Positions 39,298 to 55,860 of a stretch of 64,000 bases of DNA are shown here, piece by piece. Both the position numbers and the translations under genes were made by a program. Under the pieces are notes generated by a model. The model was not told the DNA's origin and did not search any database. It saw only the letters and a list, made by a program, of their open reading frames with translations. The stretch is from positions 74,648,001-74,712,000 of the forward strand of contig OZ024742.1 in the NCBI GenBank assembly GCA_964016885.1, given 5' to 3'. Positions within the stretch are counted from its first letter, which is position 1. Every line of letters begins with the position of its first letter. Source of the DNA: Eledone cirrhosa (lineage: Eukaryota).

Positions 39298-39631
39298 CAG
39301 ATTTCTTGCAGAAGCTTTCAGCGAGTGAATCTTTCTTTACAACGACTTTATCCTTCCATACATGGAACCTGGCACATATATTATTAGTAAACGTCACGCA
39401 TTGGCAGTCATCCTCGTAAGAACACATTATAGAACATACTCCCAAACTGATATTGCTTATTAATGGATAAGTACTGTTTTCGGGTGGAGAAATTTGAAGA
39501 CTTACAGAACTGGATAATTTTTGGAAAGAATTCTTGATAGTTTCAGATGAAGAATATTTTAAGTTGATTGCAAAGATGATAAAGGCAATTAATAGGAAAC
39601 ACTCTGCCAAATATTTCTTTGATCTTGCCAT
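39298..39631 (-). CDS. Host gene coding exon 1: signal peptide + PAN/Apple-like domain
   Basis: Acceptor ttgcAG two nt before the ATG; hydrophobic FLLIAFIIFAI; C-x3-C-x5-C...F-x4-C; donor G|GTGAGT; 334 nt, phase 1. Confidence 0.85.
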
Positions 39632-41938
39632 CTCTGCAATATAAAAAGTGTAAAAACAACGTTCACTCAGTTCATCTAGTTGTAAATAGCCACGGATAAT
39701 CGTATTACTATACCTGTAGATCTTGTTTCGAACTATCAATACTCACACCTTAATAAGCTAAATTGTTTTAGAAATGATCTTTTATGCTAGAGTTTAGAAT
39801 CGAAATTTTCTTTTAATAGGCTGTTCAAAGCATTCTCCTCGACGCTTCAAGCATATCAAAGGACACCGTTGTTAATATTCGTTCACTAACACTTTATAAA
39901 ATACAAGAGTGGACGTTCCACCAAATCCCTTTACTTAGGATTATTAATAAGTCAAATAGGTGAACTATGGAAAACGCTTGTCTGACGAATGACAAATGTA
40001 TAAACTGTCTGAAAACCAGTGCATACTAACTAGAATACCAACCCCCAAACAGCCTAAAATGTTTTCAGAATAAACATCTTATATTGATTCAGATTCAGTG
40101 TGATTTCTAAGGTACCAGACAACATGGCAACATAGTCACTTGGATTTTCAGGTTGTTTCACAGTTTGATTGGGATGTCCATCAGAACAATCAGTTTCCAC
40201 AATAAGGGTTCAAGTGCAAAAAAAAAAAAAAAAAGAATCGACGTGAATGAGCATTCTTTATAGACCAGTACAACACAACAGACACCATCATATAATGCAG
40301 CAATCTATTCTCTGAAATCAACCAAACTTAGGAAAGATGCTATGTAACTATGGTCAATCCATTAAAATACCTTCTATTGATCAAACCCGTGAAATATACT
40401 GAATTCGATTTTTATGGTGCATTGCATGAGGTGAACCTTGTTATGGTAAAATCTTTTCTGGAATCGAATGTATGAATGGTTCTACAAAGAGAACATGAAT
40501 ATTTTTTCACTGATGCCTTTGGGAATATAGTGTTATTTGATTTTGCATATATATAGCATAGTTTGTATTACATTTCCAAAATTGCTTGTGTAATTTCTAA
40601 CTTACGTAATATAAACTTAGCCTCGAAGAATTTCGTCATATTACAACTGACTTACAACTATTACACTCCGGCAGAATTTGTTGAATGTTGTTTTTGATTC
40701 GTTTTCTGATGGTGTGGATTATATGCCTGCTAGCTCTATTCGAAAAACACGAGCTTGTCATCTCTGTAAAGGCTCACGCAATTATCACTTAACGTACCCT
40801 CTAGAGTATCGAGTTGGAACAGACCTTACAGTTCATAAATTCCAGCACTGTCAAAATCATCCGCTTCATCTTTCAGCATTTATCTTCCCTGAAAAAAGAT
40901 AATTCCTAACACGCAATGATACCCTATGTGATTTTGTGTTTTGGTGAATTAAATGGCTTTTCAAAGTAGTCTTTGGCTTTTATGGGTGTAATATCAATTG
41001 CAGACACGCATGAGAATACAAAGCTTATTCTGGCGCATGTTTCATAGGTTACATATTTTGTTTGTTATTTTTATAGTGAATGTACAGTGTAGTTAACACA
41101 ATACTAGATTTTATCATTAATTTTCATGTGTTTTCGAACCATGTATTTATTTCAACCAAAGCTATTTATTTATAAAAGACCGATAAGTTTTAAAAAGCCG
41201 AAATACAAAAGGCAAATGATGGCAAATAAACAAAACCAGAAACAAAAACAAAGTAATTTTTTAGCCGTAACGTTACTTTGTTTTGTTTTATTTGTCATCA
41301 TTTGCCTTTTGTATTTTTCCAGCGAATTGTACTGGCTTTTAGAAAAATTATCGTTTTTTTTATTACATATCTCACAATGTTTCGTATTAACTACACTACT
41401 ACTATCTATTTATACTTTTGTATGCAATTTCATTTTATCCAATCTTATTCATCGGTATTGCATCTTCCACCAAGAACTTATGATCATACTGTGCCAGATT
41501 AGACAGAGCTAATAGGTTCGGCTGCAGATTGACTGTCTCCATACTATCAGCATTTATATTTATAGAATAGAAAGAGCGTGGTCTGACGGAGATGCTGGGA
41601 TATGCTAGTTGATCCTAAATATTATTCAATTACTTCTGGGCTGATATTAACTTTACTGAAGAAGGACTTCTTCTCACAACAACAACAAAGACAACAACAA
41701 AAAAGGCGTCGGAAACCCGTAAAACAAAGCGATATCAATAGCAACAAGATTTGAATTCAGAATGTAGAGACGTCATTAAACATTGCTAGCCATTTTGCTG
41801 ACAATTCTATCAATACTGCCATTTACCTTGTACGTTGTTACATCAATCACAGGTTTTTGTAGAAAGTCTTAGTCGATTGAACCGGTTGTGGTATGTAGTC
41901 CATGACTAGTACTTATAATGATCCACCACCACCACCAT

Positions 41939-41939
<1 letters not shown>

Positions 41940-42018
<79 letters not shown>

Positions 42019-42031
42019 ACTACTACTACTG

Positions 42032-42077
<46 letters not shown>

Positions 42078-42092
42078 TACTACTACTACTAC
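41940..42092. repeat. (ACT)n microsatellite
   Basis: Direct reading. Confidence 0.95.
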
Positions 42093-42158
42093 TGAATATC
42101 TAAATAATGATAATAATGAAAAAAAAAGAAGAAGATATATGATATAAATATAAAATAC

Positions 42159-42240
42159 CTTTCTGGTCCAAATTTCTCCGGTATTTGCTTTCGCACAAGA
42201 TCTTTCTCCTCATATAGTCGAAAGCTGGTCTTCGTTTATT
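42159..42240 (-). other. Candidate spliced exon, possibly 5' UTR of the PAN-domain gene
   Basis: Acceptor tttttaacAG and donor AG|GTATTT around 82 nt of non-repetitive sequence; no protein motif recognised. Confidence 0.4.
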
Positions 42241-42583
42241 CTGTTAAAAAGTAACTGTGGGAATTTTCAATGTATTCTCAAATTTAAATAGTGTAACTGA
42301 TTAATTATTGGATTATTGGATCGGGAACTGTGATTCTGCCAAATAAGTATATAAATACATAAATAAAACTAATATTTTATTAACACCAGTCACGAAATAT
42401 TAGATTCAATGTGCGATCATTACAAACAATGCCAAAATGCATCAAAAGGTTTTCACGATAACAGTTCTAACTTGAATGACTTTCCAGCAAAACAAGTTGA
42501 AATGTTATTTTATTGTTAGTTCGGGTTTCATCATTATTAAAAAACAAATCTACGAATGCATCTTCTATCTATCTTTCTTCTTT

Positions 42584-42636
<53 letters not shown>

Positions 42637-42976
42637 TTTCTTTCTTTCTTTCTTAATTACTTTGAATAATAATTTGTAAGTGTGCACACGCTTGAGTAAT
42701 CCTATTTCTTAGTTCATTTTTAATATCTAGCTGGGTTGTAAGACAACAAAATATTCATAGCTGCAATGCACGGTAACCTTGCACTAGACATGTGTTTTTT
42801 TTAAATTAGAACACAATGAAATGAATAATTACAGAGCTGTGATTATTCAATAAACTGATAAGACAGCTTGGTAATTGCATATCCTATGGAAATAGATGGG
42901 TTCTCGTCATGATATAGGTAATTTACTCAATACACGTACGTACATGAATACATACGTAAACACTTGCATAAATTTG

Positions 42977-43056
<80 letters not shown>

Positions 43057-43164
43057 TCTCACTCTCTCTCCTCTTCTCTCCCCCCCTCTCTCTCTTTCTC
43101 CCTCTCTATCTCTCTTTAAGTATGTATGTATGTGTAAAGGAGTCATTGAACAAGACTGTTTTGA

Positions 43165-43580
43165 TGGTGGCTGACTGGGAGATAGAAGCTCTTGAGAGAG
43201 AAACTTGGCGGGGAATGGTGAATGATGGGATCCTTAATTTTGAGGACAGACGCAAAGATAGGTATCTCCATTGATTGGTGTGACCTGAGTGTGGAAAGAT
43301 GTGCTTAAGCAAATCTGGCCTCAGAAGCCACAGGGTGCAGCCATGTTCAGAGAGAACCAGGGAATTATGATCTCCACGGTATTGAAAAATATTATGAATG
43401 TGACAAAGAATGTCGATCGGTAGCAGGACTGAAGCAAGGTCCACAGGCAACCTGATGCAAGATCTGAGGCCAGAGAGATCCATAGTTGTCGTCGATGTGT
43501 GAAGGAGTGCAAGTCTCTAGCAGGCTTGACAATCCTGACAAGCGATTACAATACCCTTAGCATGAGTTTGCAACCATGAT
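43165..43580 (+). mobile_element. RTE-like LINE 3' end with degenerate C2H2 fingers (second copy about 46910-47320)
   Basis: WEIEALERETWR followed by CLSKSGLRSH, CDKECRSVAGLK and CVKECKSLAGL in shifting frames. Confidence 0.65.
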
Positions 43581-43581
43581 A

Positions 43582-44766
<1,185 letters not shown>

Positions 44767-45804
44767 CATGTACATTCATAAATAAGGAATGCCATCGCTT
44801 GATACTTAACCATGAGCATCACGGACGCGGCTTTTTAGGTTTGCCAGAGACTTGCCTATGGCCAACAATGCCATGCATCACTTAAAAATGTCACATGTCA
44901 AGCGATGCCTGTGCTTGAACATTTTTTTAAGTGAGGAAAGGTTTTACACTGAATCCACTCTCTGAACATCAACTGCATTATCCCAAAAAGAAGGTCTACA
45001 TCATTGGATGCAAACGAAGCCACAGGTTTTATATCAGAGCGACCTTCTCTTAAAGATATGTCTTAATGAAGACTAGGAGTCTCTCGCTTCACAAAAAAAC
45101 CTTATTGCATGGTCGTTGACTCTCTTGAGTTCCTCCACCCTTTGATGGGTTTTGTTTTTCATCCCACGGGGTGTCCAAAATCAGCCTCCTCACCAAGCAA
45201 GCCTGTTGGTATTACCAGTTTAGTCACCGACGAACAGACCATGCGCAGTTTGTACCCGACTTCAGTATCAATCTGCTCGTCAGACTGGTGATGTGACAAA
45301 AGAAACTTCCTCGTATTTTTCTATTATATACACTGTGTTGCATTGTTGTTGAAGGAGACTTCTTAGATAGACACTTTCCCATAAGTCACAAATACCGCTC
45401 CATCTTTAACAGACACAGGGTAAAACTAGGATACTCATGCACTAAGAATATGAAGTCCCACATCACCAAAAGCCCTAAGAGCAGCACCTCACCACGATGC
45501 TCTTGCAGAAAGCCTGAAGCTTGTCCCCCTCAACAACAATGCAACACACCCGCTGTAGTTTATGACGCTGTGGTCACTTCCAACCGACCAAATCTACAAC
45601 AGGAGGTTAAATCCTATGTGAGGGCCGGTTTAAGGAACGCTTCCTGAACCATCAGTCGACCTTTAGGTACCCGGACAATCGATCATCCACGAAACTTGCG
45701 AGTCACGTATGGTCCCTCAAAAACCCAGGTGTAGACTTCTCCATTCAATGGAAAGCTATCACTAAGTCCAAGCCATACGCAAGGGGTAATCCGTCTTGTG
45801 GACT

Positions 45805-46004
45805 NNNNNNNNNNNNNNNNNNNNNNNNNNNNNNNNNNNNNNNNNNNNNNNNNNNNNNNNNNNNNNNNNNNNNNNNNNNNNNNNNNNNNNNNNNNNNNNN
45901 NNNNNNNNNNNNNNNNNNNNNNNNNNNNNNNNNNNNNNNNNNNNNNNNNNNNNNNNNNNNNNNNNNNNNNNNNNNNNNNNNNNNNNNNNNNNNNNNNNNN
46001 NNNN
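45805..46004. other. Assembly gap (200 N)
   Basis: N run. Confidence 0.99.
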
Positions 46005-46359
46005 TCTTCGTTTATTCTGTTAAAAAGTAACTGTGGGAATTTTCAATGTATTCTCAAATTTAAATAGTGTAACTGATTAATTATTGGATTATTGGATCGG
46101 GAACTGTGATTCTGCCAAATAAGTATATAAATACATAAATAAAACTAATATTTTATTAACACCAGTCACGAAATATAGATTCAATGTGCGGATCATTACA
46201 AACAATGCCAAAATGCATCAAAAGGTTTTCACGATAACAGTTCTAACTTGAATGACTTTCCAGCAAAACAAGTTGAAATGTTATTTTATTGTTAGTTCGG
46301 TTTCATCATTATTAAAAAACAAAATCTACGAATGCATCTTCTATCTATCTTTCTTCTTT

Positions 46360-46435
<76 letters not shown>

Positions 46436-46758
46436 AATTACTTTGAATAATAATTTGTAAGTGTGCACACGCTTGAGTAATCCTATTTCTTAGTTCATTT
46501 TTAATATCTAGCTGGGTTGTAAGACAACAAAATATTCATAGCTGCAATGCACGGTAACCTTGCACTAGACATGTGTTTTTTTAAAATTAGAACACAATGA
46601 AATGAAATAATTACAGAGCTGTGATTATTCAATAAACTGATAAGACAGCTTGGTAATTGCATATCCTATGGAAATAGATGGGTTCTCGTCATGATATAGG
46701 TAATTTACTCAATACACGTACGTACATGAATACATACGTAAACACTTGCATAAATTTG

Positions 46759-46826
<68 letters not shown>

Positions 46827-47323
46827 CCTCTCTCTCTTTCTCCCTCTCTATCTCTCTTTAAGTATGTATGTATGTGTAAAGGAGTCATTGAACAAGACTG
46901 TTTTGATGGTGGCTGACTGGGAGATAGAAGCTCTTGAGAGAGAAACTTGGCGTGGAATGGTGAATGATGGGATCCTTAATTTTGAGGACAGACGCAAAGA
47001 TAGGTATCTCCATTGAATTGGTGTGACCTGAGTGTGGAAAGATGTGCTTAAGCAAATCTGGCCTCAGAAGCCACAGGTGCAGCCATGTTCAGAGAGAACC
47101 AGGGAATTATGATCTCCACGGTATTGAAAAATATTATGAATGTGACAAAGAATGTCGATCGGTAGCAGGACTGAAGCAAGGTTCACAGGCAACCTGATGC
47201 AAGATCTGAGGCCAGAGAGATCCATAGTTGTCGTCGATGTGTGAAGGAGTGCAAGTCTCTAGCAGGCTTGAAAATCCTGACAAGCGATTACAATACCCTT
47301 AGCATGAGTTTGCAACCATGATA

Positions 47324-47383
<60 letters not shown>

Positions 47384-47630
47384 ATAATAATAAATGTGAA
47401 GACTAAAATCCAAAGAGGGTTTCAGAAGATCCTGTTAAGGGTGAAAGCAGCGATTCTTTGCTTAAACTTTAATCTGTTATTTTAATATGTATGTATATGT
47501 AATATATATATATATATATATATAATATAAGATCAAAAGATGGTTAAAGGAGTTCCATATATTTTATTATGCGCATTTCAAAAACAAACATCATCAAACA
47601 ATAATATTTGCGTTTTCATCAGATAAAACA

Positions 47631-47684
<54 letters not shown>

Positions 47685-48722
47685 CATGTACATTCATAAA
47701 TAAGGAATGCCATCGCTTGATACTTAACCATGAGCATCATGGACGCGGCTTTTTAGGTTTGCCAGAGACTTGCCTATGGCCAACAATGCCATGCATCACT
47801 TAAAAATGTCACATGTCAAGCGATGCCTGTGCTTGAACATTTTTTTAAGTGAGGAAAGGTTTTACACTGAACCCACTCTCTGAACATCAACTGCATTATC
47901 CCAAAAAGAAGGTCTACATCATTGGATGCAAACGAAGCCACAGGTTTTATATCAGAGCGACCTTCTCTTAAAGATATGTCTTAATGAAGACTAGGAGTCT
48001 CTCGCTTGACAAAAAAACCTTATTGCATGGTCGTTGACTCTCTTGAGTTCCTCCACCCTTTGATGGGTTTTGTTTTTCATCCCACGGGGTGTCCAAAATC
48101 AGCCTCCTCACCAAGCAAGCCTGTTGGTATTACCAGTTTAGTCACCGACGAACAGACCATGCGCAGTTTGTACCCGACTTCAGTATCAATCTGCTCGTCA
48201 GACTGGTGATGTGACAAAAGAAACTTCCTCGTATTTTTCTATTATATACACTGTGTTGCATTGTTGTTGAAGGAGACTTCTTAGATAGACACTTTCCCAT
48301 AAGTCACAAATACCGCTCCATCTTTAACAGACACAGGGTAAAACTAGGATACTCATGCACTAAGAATATGAAGTCCCACATCACCAAAAGCCCTAAGAGC
48401 AGCACCTCACCACGATGCTCTTGCAGAAAGCCTGAAGCTTGTCCCCCTCAACAACAATGCAACACACCCGCTGTAGTTTATGACGCTGTGGTCACTTCCA
48501 ACCGACCAAATCTACAACAGGAGGTTAAATCCTATGTGAGGGCCGGTTTAAGGAACGCTTCCTGAACCATCAGTCGACCTTTAGGTACCCGGACAATCGA
48601 TCATCCACGAAACTTGTGAGTCACGTATGGTCCCTCAAAAACCCAGGTGTAGACTTCTCCATTCAATGGAAAGCTATCACTAAGTCCAAGCCATACGCAA
48701 GGGGTAATCCGTCTTGTGGACT
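46005..48722 (+). repeat. Near-identical copy of 42229-45804 across the gap
   Basis: Sequence after the gap matches from 42229; sequence before the gap matches up to 48722. Confidence 0.93.
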
Positions 48723-49167
48723 GCGTATTGAAGAAAGGATCAATATTCTGCGGAGATTACGCAATAGCGATTACCTAAATTCAAGAAAAATACTTTTCTC
48801 ACGTTATCCACACGTCTGGAAACACCTCTTGCATAATTACAAAGCTCCGGATTGAATAACATCAACATTCTAATATTCTAATTAACTCGAACAATTTATT
48901 CCGGACATTCGCAGTTATCTCACTTACACCTTTCGACCGTGGATTTTTATCGCCTGGCGGAAGTGACCGTTTCTGCGCATGCGTATTCATACTGTTGTTT
49001 CTCCTTTTCCTGTTCTGTACAACCATTCTCAGTCCGAGCTGAAGATCCGCAAGGTGAAACAATTGTTCTCGGTATGGTGAAATAACTGTTGTGTTACTAC
49101 TTCTACCAAACTCGTCCCATGTACTGAGTGTTCTACTATTAAGGATATTACTCTCCAGTGTTTTACC

Positions 49168-49168
<1 letters not shown>
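48340..49168 (+). mobile_element. Penelope-like element 3' part (GIY-YIG endonuclease remnant + 3' repeat); partial duplicate at 45420-45804
   Basis: CSC-x5-CP-x4-C...VVYDA...SYV, SHVWSLK...IQWK...PY...CGLRIEE; homologous to 52161-52790. Confidence 0.82.
49034..49072 (+). ncRNA. Minimal type I hammerhead ribozyme motif
   Basis: CCGAG CTGAAGA tcc-gcaa-ggt GAAAC aatt GTT CTCGG; palindromic stem III. Confidence 0.82.
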
Positions 49169-49229
<61 letters not shown>

Positions 49230-49373
49230 CACACACACACACACAGATACATACACACACACATACACACACACGCACACACATAATACATACACACAAA
49301 TATACATATCTATATATACATATACACACACATACACACACACATATACATATACACACACGCACAATAACAA

Positions 49374-50260
49374 TTAACGGTGCTGCGATCGAATGTGGCT
49401 TTTTAGCCCAGCCAATGATCTAAAATTTCCTGTATAGAGTTGACAACCAAAACATTCACTGGCAATAGCCGGCTCAGGTTGGATTTCATGTACTTTTGCA
49501 TGTCGTTTGAGCCCTCCTGTTGATCTACACTCTCTTTCACATGCTTGACAGGCATGATGAGTAGCATCTCCATCAGCAGCCTCGTAGTCAACCACTGGTC
49601 TCACTTTATGACTGCGAAGATGACTTTCGAGTCCAGCTTTGCTGAGGCAGTCTCGCACAGACGCTGCATGTCAGCGCCATAGGAGGACCTTCACTGTCTG
49701 AAAATGCAACAACAATACTCTTCCTCACATCCCTTTTTACTTTCTCGTATGTGATTCGAGATGCCTCAAAAGCAACTTTCCCCGCATGTATAGTCTTTCT
49801 CCATTTATTACGATCAGCAGCTTCGCTTTCCCATGTATCAGCAGAGATGTTAGCGTCTTTCAAAGAGGCTTTCAACGAATCCTTATACCTCTTTTTTGGT
49901 TTATGTGGAGGTCATTTTCCTTTAACTAACTCTCCATAAAAGAGTTGTTTCGGTATTCTAGAATCCTTCATCCTGGCAAGGTGAGCACTCCATCGGAGTC
50001 TTTGCTTAAGCACAAGAGCTTCTATACTTTCACACAGAGAGCTTTCCAAAATCTCGACATTACTGATGCGGTCCCTCCAGTGAACGCCATGGATCCGCCA
50101 GACACATCTGATGGAAACGCTCCAATTGTTTAAGGTGGTGTCGATATGTGACTAGGTCTCGCAGGCATAAAGAAGAGAAGAGAGTACACATGCCTTGTAC
50201 ACCATTACCTTTGTCTTCTTGCATATGTCTCGCCTTCGAATAACACTATTTTATAGACTA
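49374..50260 (-). mobile_element. RTE-like LINE C-terminal fragment with three C2H2-type fingers
   Basis: ASLK...WESEAADRNKWR, then CSVCA/RDCLSKAGLESHLRSH, CQACERECRSTGGLKRHAKVH and CQLYTGNFRSLAGLKSHIRSQH. Confidence 0.8.
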
Positions 50261-50358
50261 ACAATGCTTCAAGCAAACTACAACACTCTCATACACACAC
50301 ATACACACACACACGCGCGCACACGCACACACACGCACGCACACGCACACACACACAT

Positions 50359-50396
<38 letters not shown>

Positions 50397-50568
50397 GGAA
50401 GATACAAAGCTTGGTTTGTTTACAAACAGCGGAGATTTTGAAAAAATAGCTAGTAAATAGTGCTCATTTGATCCTTTGATCATCCTTTGAGAGTAACTTA
50501 CTCCACCTATGAACTTTTCAGCCGACCCTAGTGTGTGTGTACATATGAAATATATTTATTGCGCATCG

Positions 50569-50660
50569 ACCTATTACGCGCGTTTCGCAATGGATTGACT
50601 CTTGGTGACCCATAGGAGTTATGGACCCGGCTCTAGTATCAATCTGCTCGTCAGACTGGT
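50569..50660 (-). ncRNA. Type I hammerhead ribozyme motif with long stem II
   Basis: Minus strand reads ACCAGT CTGACGA GC-agattga...tcaatccatt-GC GAAAC GCGC GTA ATAGGT. Confidence 0.72.
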
Positions 50661-50869
50661 GATGTGTCAAATGAAACTACCTCGTATTTTTATATTATAT
50701 ACACTCTTCCTGTGCATGTGTGCTTGATTTGGTACCAACACCAGTATTTCACCGTAGTGCCCACACACACACACTATATATATATATATAAAACGAAGGA
50801 ATTGTGGTAAGGAACCAGATAGACCATAACGCAGCAGAGTACTCATTACTTAGGGTAGTAGAGTGGGCA

Positions 50870-53862
50870 ATAGGAACAAGCATGACCCCAACGGCAGAGC
50901 TCAAGCCGTTTCGACGGCTATTTCTGAACTAAATAAGAATTTTTAGCCTGGTAAATAAATAGCCGAACTTCAGAGTATGAAAACACCAACGACATCATGG
51001 TGCACTCGGACAAAACTGGAAACTTTTACTTCGTCAACCCCGACAGATACCACACACTGATCAGGAGCAACCTAAATTCCACCTATAAAAAGGCTAACCA
51101 TTCAAGTATCGAGGACATAAATCGAGATGGACAACAAATAACCTCCAGCCTCGGGGTCGTCGACTGCACCGAACCTCTAGACCCACGGACTCCCTACTTC
51201 ACACTGAAGGACCACAAATTCAACTTCGAACGTAAACCCTCCATCAGGCTTATAAACCCAACGAAGTCCGACATAGGGAGAATCAGTAAAAAATTTCTAG
51301 ACCGCGTTATACCAAAAGTTAAGCAAAACGCGAGACTTAGCCTATGGGTCAACACCCAGGAAGTAATCTCATGGTTCAGCAATATGGAGGACAAACGAGA
51401 CACAAAATTCATCCAGTTTGACATAGAGAGTTACTATGCATCAATTACCTTACCGCTCCTTACGGCCGCCTTGGACTTTGCCGAAACACTCACACCCATC
51501 ACCGACCAGGAAAGAAATATCATCCTCCACGCTAGGAAGACAGTCCTACTTTTCGACAACTCCAAATGAATAAAGAGAGCTCCTGACTCCCCCTTCGACG
51601 TCAGTATGGGCGCGACGGACTCGGCTGAGGTCACAGATCTTATAGCATTATGCCTACTATTTAAACTCACCGAAATGTTTCCTGCATTCGGCGGTGGATT
51701 GTACCGCGATGATGGGTTCCTCACCTCAAAGGGTACAACCCCAGTAGTACAGACCAGGTCCGTAAACAACTAATCAGCTTCTTCCGGGACTGGGGATTTA
51801 TAATACCCCATACAAACGTCCCTAACCTGAGTAAACTTCCTGGACGTTACCTTTAACCTCGATAATGATCTGTACTACCCATACAGGAAACCAAACGACA
51901 ACCTGCATTACATCCACCGCCGCTCAAACCTTCCTAGAAACATCACCAATAACCTGGTTAAAAACATCTCCCTCAGAATATCTCGTTTGTCCGCTAATGA
52001 GCAGATATTCGACTAACATGCGCCTTATTACAACCAGGCCCTCAAACGGAGTGGCTTCCGGGAGGAAATATCCTATTGTCCTGCTTCCATTAGCGGAACC
52101 AGCAGGCGACACCGCCGCTCACGCAACGTAACGTGGTTCAATCCTCCCCACAATGCCGAGGTGACAACACCTATCGGGAAAATCTTCTTTAGGCTCCTCG
52201 AAAAACACTTCCCACTACAACACTGCTACCACAACATAATCAACAAAAACACCATCAAACTCTCCTACAGCACCACACCTAACTTCGCACAAAACATCGT
52301 CTCCTCTAACAACAAAAAACTCAACCCCTATGGAAGAAATAACCTAGACACCAGTGGAGAGCCGACCAGGAGGTGTAACTGTCCTGATAGATCCATGTGC
52401 CCCCTCAACAACAGCTGCCGAGATCGTAATGTGATCTACCAGTGCAACGTGAGGACGGACACCTCCAACAAAGCTTATATAGGATTAACCGCTTGTGACT
52501 TCAAGACCCGGCTCGAGAAACACCGACATACTTTCTGAAATCCGACCCGGCCACATGTCACTACACTTTCGGGCCACATCTGGGACCTCAAAGATAATAA
52601 TATAACCTACAATCTCACTTGGAGCTAACTGTCCAGAGCTAACTCTTACACGGGAGGACGCCGTCCGTGTAACTTATGCTCGGAGGAAACATTACAAATG
52701 GTGTTTTCGAAGGACCAACTCCTAAACAAGAAAGACGACCTGGTAACTGCATGCAAACACAGATTGCGTAGGACTTACCTCGCCCTCAAACCACATAATG
52801 ACCCCGGGGGGGGGGGGCATAGACAAGGGCTGATACCCCCCACTTGCCGATTTTGTAAGGGGTAACCCTTACATAGGTAGACGTAAATTTTTTAAATCTT
52901 TTTCTGTTTCCTTCTTCCCCCCCATCTCTTCCTAGTCCTTCCACCCCAGATCTCCTTCCTCGTCTTTTTTTCACCTTTCGCCTACCCCGATGCAGCCCAT
53001 CAGTCCTTTGTAGCCTCAGTACCCCCCCTAATTTTAAGATAGAATTGGCTGATTACGCTTTTTATAGCAGATGTGTTAGACCCCAGTAAATTTTTTTTTC
53101 TTTCTGGTTTCTAAATTTCTTAGTGGTATTTTTGGATTAGTATTTTTGTATTAGTATTTTTTTATTAGTATTTTTGTATTAATATTTTGTATTAGTATTT
53201 TTGTAGTAGTAATTTAGTACTTTTGTTCTCAACTTGTCATTGTAAGATAGCATTGGCTGATTACTAACTATCTATAGCAGTGGTGTTAGACGCTCTGTAA
53301 AGCCGGCTTTATAAAATTCTTTCTCTACAATCTCATATTTAGTATTTTTCCCATTCTCCACCTATTAAACTTTTCTATAGCTTAGCAATACCAATGAGAA
53401 ATTTGGTGATTGTGGAAATGGAGTAGTAACCAGAAATTGTTTTTTATATATTTTTTTTAATATATTTATTTCCTTATTTTTATAATGGTTTTTTATTTTA
53501 CTCCTTTTCGATTTACTTATTCTTTCAACCCTCCTCCTCTTCTCCAGTACACTTTTTTCGACCTTTTATACACTATCCTTAGAATCTGCTGTATAGATTT
53601 CACTTTCAACGCTTGACTGAGTTTCCCCCGCTCCCTCTTTGTTCTACCGGCAAGTTCAGCCACCCCTACCTCCCACCAAATGCCATGATAGATTCATCTG
53701 TCTTTACAACAAATTTTTGACCAATTCTCTTGACAATTACTATCTTCCCATATAAGTTCCCTGAGAAGTTCGGCTATTTATTTACCAGGCTAAAAATTCT
53801 TATTTAGTCCAGAAATAGCCGTCGAAACGGCTTCAGCTCTGCCGTCGGGGTCATACTTATTC

Positions 53863-53866
<4 letters not shown>
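50870..53866 (+). mobile_element. Penelope-like element (RT + GIY-YIG; Naiad-like motifs), 5'-truncated, degenerate, with an inverted terminal copy
   Basis: FDIESYYASI, FDVSMG, GLYRDDG, FLDVT, PYRKPN, WFNPP, CNC-x5-CPL-x3-C, VIYQC...YIGLT, CNLCSEE. 50870-50970 is the reverse complement of 53766-53866. Confidence 0.9.
53752..53860 (+). ncRNA. Hammerhead ribozyme motif in the PLE terminal repeat (variant core CTGAGAAG)
   Basis: TTCC CTGAGAAG tt-CGGCTATTT...AAATAGCCG-tc GAAA CGGC...GCCG TC GGGG; ATAAG/CTTAT extends stem I. Confidence 0.68.
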
Positions 53867-53924
<58 letters not shown>

Positions 53925-53944
53925 CTGTGTGTGTCTGTGTGTGT

Positions 53945-55860
<1,916 letters not shown>

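Noticed and set aside
51560-52540. In-frame TGA codons in the Naiad-like PLE as possible selenocysteine
   Set aside because: The TGAs (51567, 52536) sit where Trp and Arg are expected rather than Cys, and the copy also has frameshifts and TAA stops. This is ordinary decay.
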